A stretch of 62,615 nucleotides of DNA, counting the filler, from Choristocarpus tenellus KU-1152 (lineage: Eukaryota > Protista > Phaeophyceae): the NCBI GenBank assembly GCA_964200185.2. It is 7 parts of 7 records of this genome, joined end to end, with 100 filler letters (N's around TTAATTAATTAA, not from the genome) between each part and the next. Parts side by side here need not be neighbours in the genome. Positions count along the whole stretch, not along the records: positions 36,227 to 48,842 come from CAXNAD020001763.1; 6 more parts are not named here. One strand, written 5' to 3'. Positions 36,899-48,942 of the stretch are shown here, one piece after another (the first letter of the stretch is position 1; each line of letters opens with the position of its first letter). The notes beneath the pieces are model-generated. The model had not been told where the DNA came from. It searched no databases and worked only from the letters and a program-made list of their open reading frames with translations. The position numbers and the translations under genes are program-made.

Positions 36899-39800
36899 CT
36901 TGACCGTGTGTTCCACAAACGCCTGACAGGCCATGAACATCTGCTCCTCCAGGCTCTCGGGAGTCAGCAGCACCACCACCGGAGGGTTGGACAGTGACCC
37001 ATTGTTGAGAACCATGCATAAGTGTTCATCCGCCTGAGGGAAGGGAACACACCAACAGCTCAATCAACACATGTCAGGCAGAGCCAGGGGAACTAAACAG
37101 CTCAATCGATCAGTAGGGACCCACCATCACAAATCACAAAATAAAAATTGTGATGGGTACCGACTCGCTTGCCTCTTGGCTGTCGTTTGTCGTTTATCGT
37201 ATATTATTATTATTATTTTCTTATCTAATTTTTTTTTTGTGAGAAAAAAAACAAAACAAACCACACACACACATAGATGTTTCGTTCCGGAGGATAAAAA
37301 TAGTAATAAAAATAATCTATTTGCCTCACACTTCCAAAACAAAACAAAAAACAAAAAAACAGTGCCAGAGAAGACTGACAAGAGAGGACCAACAATAGAC
37401 AGACATACATTTTTTTTTCAGCCTCGAGGGTCATGCACACCTTCCCCAGTTTAAAGACATAGTGGTGGTCATCCTCTGGCGGGAGAGGGGGAAATCGCTT
37501 GGGAAGGGCCTTGGGGGAGGGCCTGGGGAGAGCGCCTCTCAGCACACAGTGCTCCAGCTCGTTGAGGGAAAAGACATCGCCTCCGATTTCGTAGGAAACC
37601 TGGATTGTCCACGAACACCACTCCTGGTAACGATTGCAAAATACACTGAACATGTGAGACAACACACACAGTTACTAACTTAGGATTAGCTTTCTTATTT
37701 GAATACATATATTTATGCTTTTATTTGAATGTATATTTATACCTTCCTTAGATACGTATACTTCTTTTTTATTTTTTTAATACACATATTTTATATGATA
37801 TTTAAATAACAAGGAGGAAGTGCACAGCGGGAATGGGGGAAGTGTATACAATTTAAATAATGAGACAAGGCAAGAGTAGAACAGAACACTATGACTGTAC
37901 TCCTGGAGAAATAGATGACGGTATGAAGACTTGAATAGGTACATACCATCAGTAGTATACCTTATAACGTCATATACTTATCTCCTGAACGCCTAATATA
38001 GAGTTGGAGGGAATATCTAATTTGTTCTGAAAATCGTTGGCCTCTATAAATATAAATATATTATTTTTTGGGGTAAATCTGATACATTCCTCAGAGTGAA
38101 AAGGAATAACAGTAACCAGGGGGGGGGAAGGGATTTTTTTTTTTTACAAAGATAGAAGAGGAAGAGGTGACACCAACTTGAAAAACACCTTCCACGATGC
38201 CTCCATGAGACAGGGGGTGAATAGATAGATATGTATATCCAACTAGATATCAAGTATCAAGAAACAGAAGACATGGGGATAAAAGATAGCAAGGCATAGA
38301 TGTTCCTGACATGAACCAAAAGATGCCAACATAGGTTGTGGAGACCCCGTGAGAGTCCCAATCAGAAAAAAAAACTTTGAAGTGGGAAGAAAGCAATGTC
38401 GACATAGAGATAGATAAAATAAAAAATACAATAAATAAATACACACAGTCCAAAGTGTTGGGGTAAACACACTTGATAGTATTTCATATTCCAAAGTATC
38501 AAAATTGGTATGTCGTATCACATAACACGCCTTCAACATGTAAAACCCGCGTAACACGACTTGAAAATAAATATAAAATTATCTGGATAGTGGATGCTAT
38601 GGACCTACAGCTTCAGTGTAACACACCCACACACACACATATATATATATATATTGTTACAGGCGATATGTCTTGATGGCAGTTTCATAAACACCATTAT
38701 GACCTTGAAGTCCTAGGTTTGATATATTCGTACTTCTTGATTATTTAGTTATTATTTAGTTATTATCATGCTTTCAGGTGGTACATTGGTGCCAGTTCCT
38801 TTCTTATACAATGATAATTACGAAGGGAATAATCCAAGTGAGAGATCCCAGCATACTTGACGACTTGTGCATTAGGAGTCCTTTACGTGCATCGTCGTCA
38901 TCTATAGGCTTGTGGACTGGACCTATACATCCCGTGGAGGTAAGCTATGGAGTGTGCTGTAAACAATATAGGTATCTTAAGTATATAGATAGGGTTAGGG
39001 TCTTTGAAGTAGCGGCTAGGGTTACAATATACATATATATATATTTTTTGTCAATGAAAAAAAAACATTTTACCAGGATAGTAGTGGATGCTGTGTACCT
39101 ACCTACATGTCCATTGTAAGAAATACATCTATACACACGTTAGGTATGTAGATAGGGGTTAAAAGGGTCTATGGATGTAGTACCACCAGTACTAAAATGA
39201 AAATTAAAAAAGAGTACTCAAGGTTTAATGAGGCTTGGGAAGGCGTGCATACACGATGAAAGCACTTCAGCACTTACAACAGAAAACACTGATCTGAATC
39301 AACACCGGTGAAATATAAACTTAAAAAAAATAAAAAATAATAATAATAACAATAACAGTAACGACTGAAACTACCTTAGAGGGTATACGAGCTTAGCCCT
39401 GTTTGCCCGATTGGGGCTTGCCTTCCCATATAGGCCTTTTCACGACCTTTTCCTACTCTGAGTAGGGGTATCATGTGTACGTCCGTAATGATGATATCAA
39501 CACCTCCTAACAAACACGATAGCCAAAATTACATCAAAATCGCAACATCGGATTTTGGGCCCCCCAAGACGGCCGGATGCGGCTCTACCCCCTAACCCTA
39601 ACCCTAACCCTAGCATACTCTAATGACGCAATACTACTAACAACAATATTTTAATTTATTTTAATACTACACATTCACATGCACATTTTGGGGGAGTGAG
39701 AGTCAAGTGGCACCTAGTATGCCGACTTAAGAATCTAAGAACAATTCAACACGGGGTTTCCGCACCTTGGGTGATGGTGGAAGACCCAGAACAAGGACCA

Positions 39801-40505
39801 TATGCCTGATCATGAGATGGTAAAGATTGACAAAAAAGCACAGGGCTTCGTTGCTGTCCAAGTCCAAAGCCCCAAGGTCTACCTGCCTAAGGAGGGAGGT
39901 CAGATCCAGGAACGGAATCTTCCCAGCATGGGGGTGCAAGGTTTTGGAGGATAGTGGAAGGCAGTGTTTGTTGACAGTGGGTGCTTGTGGGTATGAGGGG
40001 AAGACTTTCTCAGGTGTAAGGACCGAGATAAACTTCAAAAAGAAGAAGAGTGGTGTTGACTGAAGCATAGATTGTGCTTCAAAATATCGGACCATCCTTG
40101 GTACCACACAAGCACCACGTAGAGGTACTCAGGTACTTTGAACAGGTACTGAAGAGGTACTTTGAATCATTGAACCGCACCCTGTATGATAAAAAGTTAT
40201 AGAGCCAACTGTGTACTTCAAACGAATCGAACATCCTTGGTACCACAGGAGAGGTCCTAGAGCCACCATTGTACTTTTGAATCGGACAGCACCCCTCTCT
40301 GTATCAAAAAAGTATCAAAAAAATGTTCTGCATTGGTTCAAATCATTAACCCGAGAACACCTTGGCACCATGAACAGTCCCGGAGCCACCAGAGTACGTC
40401 AAATTAGTCCTTCATTGGTACCATGGTACCATGCAGTACAAGAGCTGTCACAAAAAATGAAAATAAAATTATAGAGGAAAAAAATAAAAATAAAAATAAA
40501 ATAAA

Positions 40506-40545
<40 letters not shown>

Positions 40546-43500
40546 ATAATATCGCTATTGTTATGAATGTCACAACTCAACCAGGACACGCTGGTGTCCC
40601 CCTAATGTCAATGTCCCCCTAATGTCAATGTCAAAAAATCAAAATACACTGTCTGAAAAAAACCCCAACTTTTGTTGAGGACAAAATCAAGGCGAACACA
40701 CCTCAATACATTAATCTCTTACATAATTATTTTTCTAAAAAAAAAAGGAAATGAGATGTTGGGATACCTAACTAAATAAACCCCATGAACAGAAACAACA
40801 AAACGAACTTTCTAGATCACACATTCTGCACTCTTCTAATAAAAAATAAATAAATAGCACGGTGGCGCTGAGAAAAAGAAGAAATTGGGAGAGATGTTAC
40901 TTGACATCATAGACCTACTCATCGGTTCTTATTATTCTTACTTTAATTATAATTATTTATAGAATGATGTACATCCAATACATCCACAACAGCCCAACAC
41001 ACACACTGCAACTACATAGTACTCCCACACTGGTGGTACACCACACTATAGATATTATCTCATTTTTTTTTCTTCATATAATGTCTCAGAAAAATAAATA
41101 AATCCCAACCTGTGGGTCCAGAGAGGCACTTACTTTTCTTCACAACACGTTCCACCTCCAGCTGCATTACAATTCCTGACAGACTGGTTTCTTCACATAC
41201 AGGGCTCCAATTTTTATAATAATAATAATAATCATAAAAATAATATTATATTTTTGAATATTATTTGAACTTCCCAATCAATGCCATGCACACCCCACTC
41301 TCACCAGTCTCCTGCTGTTGGACCCCCGAGTGAGATTGAATGCTACCCTCAGAGCCTTGGCGGCAATTTGCCATGGTTGTGCCTGGTGCTGACCCTTGTC
41401 AAGCAGTCCCTCCACAGTCTTGTGATCAGGGCAAGGGACTGCTGAGGGTGGTACACCCCCCCCACAACACAAGAACACACATACGTACATATAATACAAT
41501 ATCATATAATAAAATATGATGTAGTAGTATTGAGTTACAACAAAAGTCTACCACTTCATTGACAAAAGGTATAATATCTTTTCATACATGCAGATCAGGT
41601 GAGAGTATGGGTGAAATTTATAGATAATTAGATACGCTAACATACTTGTGTACACATTGAATATATAGACAATAAAATATACTAATATATCTGTGTACAC
41701 ATTGAATATATAGACAATAAAACATACTAATATACTTGTGTACACATTGAATATATAGACAATAAAACATACTAATATATCTGTGTACACATTGAATATA
41801 TAGACACTAAAATATACTAATATACCTGTGTACACATTGAATATATAGACAATAAAATATACTAATATACTTGTATGTACATAAAATGTATACTCCATAA
41901 GTTGGGGGAGATATTCCCCCATATGAACAGAGGGGCATTGATTAGTTGTACAAGAAAGAGAGAGGAGGTGCCAATTACAATACTTGAAGATTACAAAAAT
42001 CCTTATGACATTTAATACCTTAGTAGGAGTACACCATGAGATTTTATAAGGTATACCTTCAAATGTCAAAAGACTGTGCAGTTTGATCGTAGGAGTGGAA
42101 TGGACACCTATCTTAAACGCAGTGAGTATTATCGCATCAATATTATTAATATTTCCAATATAATATATTTCTGATATCTACATCAATATTATTAATATTT
42201 CCAATGTAACGTATTTCTGATATCTACATCAATATTATTAATATTTCTAATATCTACAAAAAAGGGTACAGGGGTACCAAATTAGGGTACGTAATAGAGT
42301 GAACACAATCAAGGTATGGAGAACAGTGTGTGCAATAAACTATAGAGTACACAATAAAGGTACATAAATTAAGATACAGACTATAGAGTACACAATAAAG
42401 GTACATAAATTAAGATACAGACTAGAGTGTTCCACAACAGAGCTATACACTACAGAGTACACAATTAAGGTACATAAAATAAAAGTGATTAAAAAAAACA
42501 CCCAATCATACCCCTCAGTCTCAACAACGGTCTATGCAATCGGAACGATACTACTAACAACCCTAACCCTAACCCTAGCGATAGCGATACGCGCTCACAA
42601 ATAAAAAAAATAAAAAAATTTATAAAAAAAAAATGTTCGTTCATTCAAACAAAAAAATAAATAAAAAAAAAAATGCACATGTACGTATAAAAAAAAACGT
42701 CAATGCCACCATCCCTCTACCAACTCCAACTACAATAAATAAAGTAAATTCTTGCCCTCTCACCCGAGGTCGCCCCAAGGGGGAGGAGATCTTCCCCGTT
42801 GTTGGGTTCAAGTCCAGATCCTGGTCCCAGTCCTGGACCTTGCACCAGTCCCAGTTCCCATCCCCGCAACCAGCCCTGGTCCTTGCCGAGAACCGTCGGT
42901 GACTCACACGGTAGGTCAAAGTTCAGGCGTCGAGCGTTAAGGACAAGCCTATCTGTAGGATGCTGCCAGCGGTTGGTCTTCAGGTCGTAAGGATCGCGGG
43001 GATCCAGACCTAGGTAAAGGTCTTCATAAAAAATGACCAAGGCGTTTGTTGTGTTCATGTCATGTGTGAGCGTGTGAGCGTGTGTGTGTGTGTGATTAGT
43101 TAGTTAGTCGTACTGTTAATACTTTAGCCATATTTACTATAACAAGTCACATCATCCCAAGAGATTGCTTCTGTTAGAACAAAAATGAAGATAATTATCT
43201 ATCAGCCAGTAAGAGAGGTAGGTAGGTGGCAGTCCATTGTACACCTCCCATTATCTAACCCTGGCAAGGCGTTGTCGATCGATCATACATCATAGTTCAT
43301 GATTCAAAAAAAAATCTTGCTCAGCTATCGATACTACTCTTGTCCTTTTAACCGTCAAACAGGTTAACAGACAAACTAATCACTCTTTTTTTTCTTCCAA
43401 GGAATTTCCTCTCGCGCTACAAGAAAAAAAGAGAAAAGATTACAAAAGTTAACAATAATAGCGACTCTTTACTAAGAAGTACATTAAGTACATTCTACAC

Positions 43501-46500
43501 TCCAGTAATCAATATATCAAAACGATCATCCCCAATAAACTGGCTCTTTTTTTCACCCTCACCGGAAGAAGGCAGGTCATCTGAACCTACACCAATCAGG
43601 CGTTCCAGCTCACACCGCCATAAATCCCTGGAGTCAAGAACAAGCATGTGGGTTGTTGGGGGGGGGGCAAGTGAACAGGGGAGGCATACTTCACATTTAC
43701 TACTTCACATTTACTACTTCACATTTACTATATATTATATTATATTATACTTATTATGTGTAGTAAGATATCAGGGTTTTGAAGTGACTAGACAATTTAT
43801 CTGTCTACATAATACCTGTAACTAGATTGGTGATACCTTGGGACTTTGACAGAAGCTCATGGTGGTGGGGTTATTAACTCAGCATTAATTATTATTATCA
43901 TTATTATTATTATTATCATATTAACTGTCAGCGATACACCTACATGCTCTTAATCAGGAGGCATTCTCTCTGATCTTTGTCAAAATCAGCAGCCCCTGCA
44001 CTTTGGGGATACATTTCCATCCCTGGTGTGTGGTGTGATTTCAAATTTCAGGAAAGGCACGGGTGGGGGGGGAGCAGTCTATACTTTCCAAAAAAACCCC
44101 AGCAACACAGTAGTCAAAGCAAGTACTCCAGGCCAATGTAACTGATTCCATTCCTATTGTACTAGAATAAACAATGAAGTGTACTAGAATAAACTATGTA
44201 TTGTACTAGAAAAAACTATGACCGAGTGGGGAAGACAACTATTGCTCTGGAGCGCCACATAGCAAAAAAAAACTCACCTTGTTACGACATGCACGCACAC
44301 GACCACCACACTAGTGCACTGTTAACAACACACTCAGCTCATGCATGCAGCTTTTTTATTTTTTAAATCTTGAACGCCACACCAAGCACTAAAAAAAAAC
44401 AACACACACACACACACACACACACACGCAGGCATCTCACCTAGTCTTTAAGCTAGCAAGACAGAGGTAGTGAACTTTGCCCACTGTCTCCAGTCGTATG
44501 CCTCTCAGTCCCGGGAAGGGACACCGTTCATCCGACAGGTCAGATACCTTAAATACAAAAACATGGCACGGTTCATCACGGTACACTACAGTACATCAAG
44601 GTACACTACAGTACATTAAGGTTCATCACGGTACATCAAGGTACACTACAGTACATTAAGGTTCATCACGGTACATCAAGGTACACTACAGTACATTAAG
44701 GTTCATCACGGTACATTACAGTACATCAAGGTAGCATGTTGTCGGTAATAGGTACACAGTACTGGGACACACGTGGACACCACCGCTGAAGCTGAAAATA
44801 TCAGTTTGGAGCAGCTAACCAGACTTGTGACATCAAATTCAGTAGTGGTATTGAGTAACAAGAGAAGGGAAGGAAAGGAAAGGAAGTATATAGTAGAGAC
44901 ATGTTACTCATTACTATCGTCTAAGTATATAGTAGATACATGTTACTCATTTCCTTTCCTTTATATCGTCTAAGTATATCGTCATCCCATCTACATTACC
45001 CCTTAATCTGTATCATGTTTGATCATGTTTGATCAGTAGTAGGTACGCTAGGGGGAAGGGGATCAATTCATCCGTGTGCACTGGGCTGACTGACTGGTCA
45101 GGCCATTCACCCCACCCACCCTTCACCATTGCAGTGTTCAGTCTATGGTGTGTAGAGACAGTGTATGGTGTGTAGAGACAGTGTATGATGTGTAGAGACA
45201 GTCTATGGTGTGTAGAGACAGTGTATGATGTGTAGAGACAGTCCATGGTGTGCAGAGACAGAGTATGATGTGTAGAGACAGTCTATGATGTGTAGAGACA
45301 GTCCATGGTGTGCAGAGACAGAGTATGATGTGTAGAGACAGTCCATGGTGTGCAGAGACAGAGTATGATGTGTAGAGACAGTGTATGATGTGTAGAGACA
45401 GTCTATGGTGAGTAGAGACAGTGTATGATGTGTAGAGACAGTCTATGATGTGTAGAGACCAAACACCACTGGTGGTGCATGACCCTCAAAAAGAAACAAA
45501 TGTACTCATGTCAAAACATATCATATCAAATCATTCTCCTCACGCAGAGACTGCCAAACGCACTCACACCAGTCGAGGTACGAGAGGTATTGGTATGAGG
45601 TATTGGTATGAGATATTGGTTGAGAGGTATTGGTTCAGTCGTAGGTGGGGTTCGATATGAAGGCACATCATCAAAGAACACAGCCTAAATAAAAGAAGAA
45701 AATCTTGACAATATACGTAGAGAGTTCCTTATACCGTTTAACGGTACGTGTCATAGCGATGTATCCACTCCGACAAAAACGAGAAAAAAAAAAAGACAAA
45801 AAAGATTAAAAAAAAGAAGATAAAAAGGTGGCTTCATTTGGGATTTTTTTTTAAACAAAAAATATGATTACTCCTTTGAGGAAGTAGAGATGTAGTACAA
45901 GGTGACATGAGAAATGTACTGCAGTAGCCAGAACGTCGTTCATTTGATTGGATATGACATCCGTGGCCAAGGAGGCAACTGATTTTAAAACTTTATTACA
46001 TAGGCAAAGATAATGATACTGTTCTATAATGTATGTTTTTAAAAATTGGGTAGGACGAAAAGATGCACCTCCCCCGCCATATCCCACCATCGCAAACTAA
46101 TAATAATAGTAACAACAGTAATAATATTAATAAATACAATGAAAAATAATAAGATCAACAATAATAATGACAATAATAATAATAATAATAAAAAAATAGT
46201 GATGACAATAACAACAGTAATAATAATAATAATAATAAAAAAAATAGTGATGACAATAACAACAATAATAATAATAATAAAAAAAATAGTGATGACAATA
46301 ACAACAGTAATAATAATAATAATAAAAAAAAATAGTGATGACAATAACAACAACAATAATAATAATAACAATAAAAAAATAGTGATGACAATAACAACAG
46401 TAATAATAATAATAATAAAATAGTGATGACAATAACAACAATAATAATAATAATAATAACATGATGAGAACGGTGTACAACAAGAACAATTAAAAACACA

Positions 46501-47479
46501 CCTTGAAAAAAAAAAATAGAGAGGAGATGGGATAGGGCGGGAACACTAGTTGATAAGATTTAGAGATGAAAGAAGAAAAAATAGAACTGCCAAAACCTAA
46601 GCCTCCAAGATGTAGGACATTTATCAATTTATTCTCTTGTGTACCCTATGGCATAATGCACATCTAGCTATTATACTCTCACCGAGTGCATCAAATGTAT
46701 ACATACATACATACATACGTGCAAATACTCAAAAAAATGTATTCAATGACATGAACTTCATCATTACTTCACTCACTACTTCATTCTTTAATCCTCAAAA
46801 AAAAAAAAGGTTCACTGAAGGAGGCACACAGAATGCAATGAGGGGGGACGACTTCTTTCCACCTTCCTACTATCTTTTTTTTTATATTAGTAAATCTGAA
46901 AAAAAGAACAGGAATGGGAGTTGAGCCTCTCAAACATGTATGTATCACACACACAAACACACAAACACACAAACACACACACACACATACACAAACTCAT
47001 ACTTCTCAACTTGCTTCCTTGCTAACACTTCTCTTCAATCTAATGACAAGAACAGCAGAGGTACACCTAAAATAAATCATACAATACAAAAAAAATATAT
47101 ATAAACCTGTTGTCCATCCATCCATCCATCCATCCATCAATCTCTTTGTCAAGACCCAACATATATATACACATATGCACATATCATGCTTCTCAACTTG
47201 CTTCCTTGCTAACACTTCTCTTCAATCTAATGACAAGAATAGCAGAGGTACACCTAAAATAAATCATACAATACAAAAAATATATATATAAACCTGTTGT
47301 CCATCCATCCATCCATCAATCTCTTTGTCAAGACCCAACATATATATACACATATGCACATATGAAATGGGATGTCTCTCTCTCACCTTCAATATATCTG
47401 TCAGAGGAAGCACCCAGGAGGCTTTGTTGGAGAGGGGAACAAACGATGCCACGCAGTTTTGAAACAGCACAGTCCACTC
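36899..47479 (-). CDS. PH-like domain + DUF547 domain protein, partial at both ends (8 exons seen)
   Basis: Phase-compatible GT-AG exons 47479-47387, 44547-44441, 43627-43563, 43009-42764, 41441-41305, 39918-39766, 37623-37441, 37033-36899. DUF547 motifs: ALCFFVNLYHLMIRH, YEIGGDVFSLNELEHCVLRG, LEEQMFMACQAF. The N-terminal exons read like a PH fold (WVLPLTDILKVS...GIRLETVGKVHYLCLASLKTRDLWRCELERLI). Confidence 0.85.
39363..39594 (-). mobile_element. MITE family A copy (intronic, diverged)
   Basis: CTTAGAGGGTA...AACAAACACGATAGCCAAAATTACATCAAAATCGCAAC...GCGGCTCTACCC. Confidence 0.8.
39590..39612. repeat. Interstitial telomere-like (CCCTAA)n
   Basis: CCCTAACCCTAACCCTAACCCTAG; similar short tracts at 42561, 54726 and 56037. 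Confidence 0.75.
41641..41881. repeat. Intronic minisatellite, 45-bp unit x~5.3
   Basis: TATACTTGTGTACACATTGAATATATAGACAATAAAATATACTAA repeated. Confidence 0.95.
42135..42478. repeat. Two short intronic tandem arrays (~46-bp and ~41-bp units)
   Basis: CATCAATATTATTAATATTTC x3; CTATAGAGTACACAATAAAGGTACATAAATTAAGATACAGA x2+. Confidence 0.85.
44567..44733. repeat. Intronic minisatellite of 10-bp subunits
   Basis: GTTCATCACG / GTACACTACA / GTACATCAAG / GTACATTAAG blocks in tandem. Confidence 0.9.
45141..45459. repeat. Intronic minisatellite, 20-bp unit x16
   Basis: GT(C/G)TATG(G/A)TGTGTAGAGACA repeated. Confidence 0.97.
46095..46460. repeat. (AAT)n microsatellite with higher-order ATAGTGATGACAATAACAAC units
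   Basis: Direct inspection; source of the I/L/Y-rich spurious ORFs. Confidence 0.95.
47002..47363. repeat. Intronic tandem duplication, ~187-bp unit x2
   Basis: CTTCTCAACTTGCTTCCTTGCTAACAC at 47002 and 47189, near-identical. Confidence 0.92.
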
Positions 47480-48338
47480 CTATACATCACAAACAAGAAT
47501 CATTATAGGAGGGCAGATCACGGATATTCTCAATGGAGAGAGTTTTCGGTGATTGTTTCGTGACAAGGGATAGGGTGGGGGGGAGGGGAGGGGAGGTTCG
47601 ACCCTGTGGTTGTTCCTGACATATATTTTTTTGCTTAAATTATTTATATTATTCAACATTTATTGTGTATTAATTGCATTCTTTTGAGTACCTTTCCAAT
47701 ACAGGTCCTGGGATCCCCCAGACTAACATTGTGAGTATTTAATGTATTAATATGATAAAATAACAGCAATAACAAAGATAATTTACTACTATAATAAAAT
47801 CACAGTAATAACAAAGATAATTTACTAATATAATAAAATTACAGTAATAACAAAGAACAGTAGTAAGGGGTGAGGGGAAGATGGTTGTGTGGAAGTCAGG
47901 AAAAGTAGACATGGGCCATAACAGTATCCTATTGATAGCTCTCTGTCTGTATGTGTGTATAAGAATGAGGAAATTCAAACATAATGCGGAAAACATTGAA
48001 GGTGTCCAAGGAAGTCATACAAAAAAAAAGATTAAAAAATTAAAATATATATGCACAGCCGTTGAGTATGGAGCTGTACCAATACTCACAAAACAGAAGA
48101 GAGACCATTCTTGACATATATATTGATTTATTCATTTATTATTCTTTGGGTCTTGTGCAATAGAGGCTAGGTAGTCCATAGGGTCTTACGTGTTTAGTGA
48201 CCAGCACTACACAAGACAAGTGGTGACTCAGTAGAGTAAGTGTCAAGGACTTGTTTCCATATGATTAGAATAATGGGTTCAACTCTCAACCGACTAAGTT
48301 TCTATTTCAATTTAATGTAAGTGGCTGACGTAGAGCAG

Positions 48339-48462
48339 AACTTGAAATTATAACTTATAACTGACTGACGTGGCGTAACTGTCACAAACATATTTCAAAC
48401 ATATTTCAATCATATTTCTGACGTGTTTGATGACGTATACATTAGATAACAAGGGAGAGCAC
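48339..48462 (-). repeat. Dispersed repeat, inverted copy of 19599-19738
   Basis: ATTAGATAACAAGGGAGAGCAC terminus shared. Confidence 0.75.
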
Positions 48463-48842
48463 TCTTATGAATGAATAGTCCATCCATCGTTCACTACACC
48501 ATTTTTTTTAAAATTGCTATTCAAGTACACAAAAACCTCTAGGCTTGGTCCTCAACATTGGTTTGTGTTATTACTATTCAACATTGGTTTGTGTGACAAA
48601 CCCAGAACAGAAATAACACAAAATCCTCAACAGTATAAAAATGTACAAAGAAATAACTATCGCTGTATACACTTAATACGTAACATTAATATTAATATTA
48701 ATATAGCCCTACCCCTATTGAAAATCACATCATATACCTAAAATAAATAATAATAATAAAAAAAGTTTGAATCGCTGTCAGCACATTGTTCTTCCCCCCC
48801 CCTCCCCCCCCGTTCCTCACCCCTTACCCCTCCACCCCCCCC

Positions 48843-48942
48843 NNNNNNNNNNNNNNNNNNNNNNNNNNNNNNNNNNNNNNNNNNNNTTAATTAATTAANN
48901 NNNNNNNNNNNNNNNNNNNNNNNNNNNNNNNNNNNNNNNNNN
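48843..48942. other. Artificial contig linker
   Basis: N44-TTAATTAATTAA-N44. Confidence 0.97.

Noticed and set aside
41548-42069. 173-aa ORF with repeated ILVYFIVYIFNVYT
   Set aside because: Translation of a 45-bp intronic minisatellite.
45141-45459. CRISPR-like array
   Set aside because: Head-to-tail 20-bp units with no unique spacers, inside a eukaryotic intron, and no cas genes.
46039-46499. Overlapping poly-I/L/Y/N ORFs
   Set aside because: Artefacts of an AAT microsatellite.
48221-48295. tRNA gene or SINE head from A/B-box-like motifs (also GGTTCGAATTCC on minus at ~61727-61738)
   Set aside because: No cloverleaf and no second copy in the window to define a SINE.
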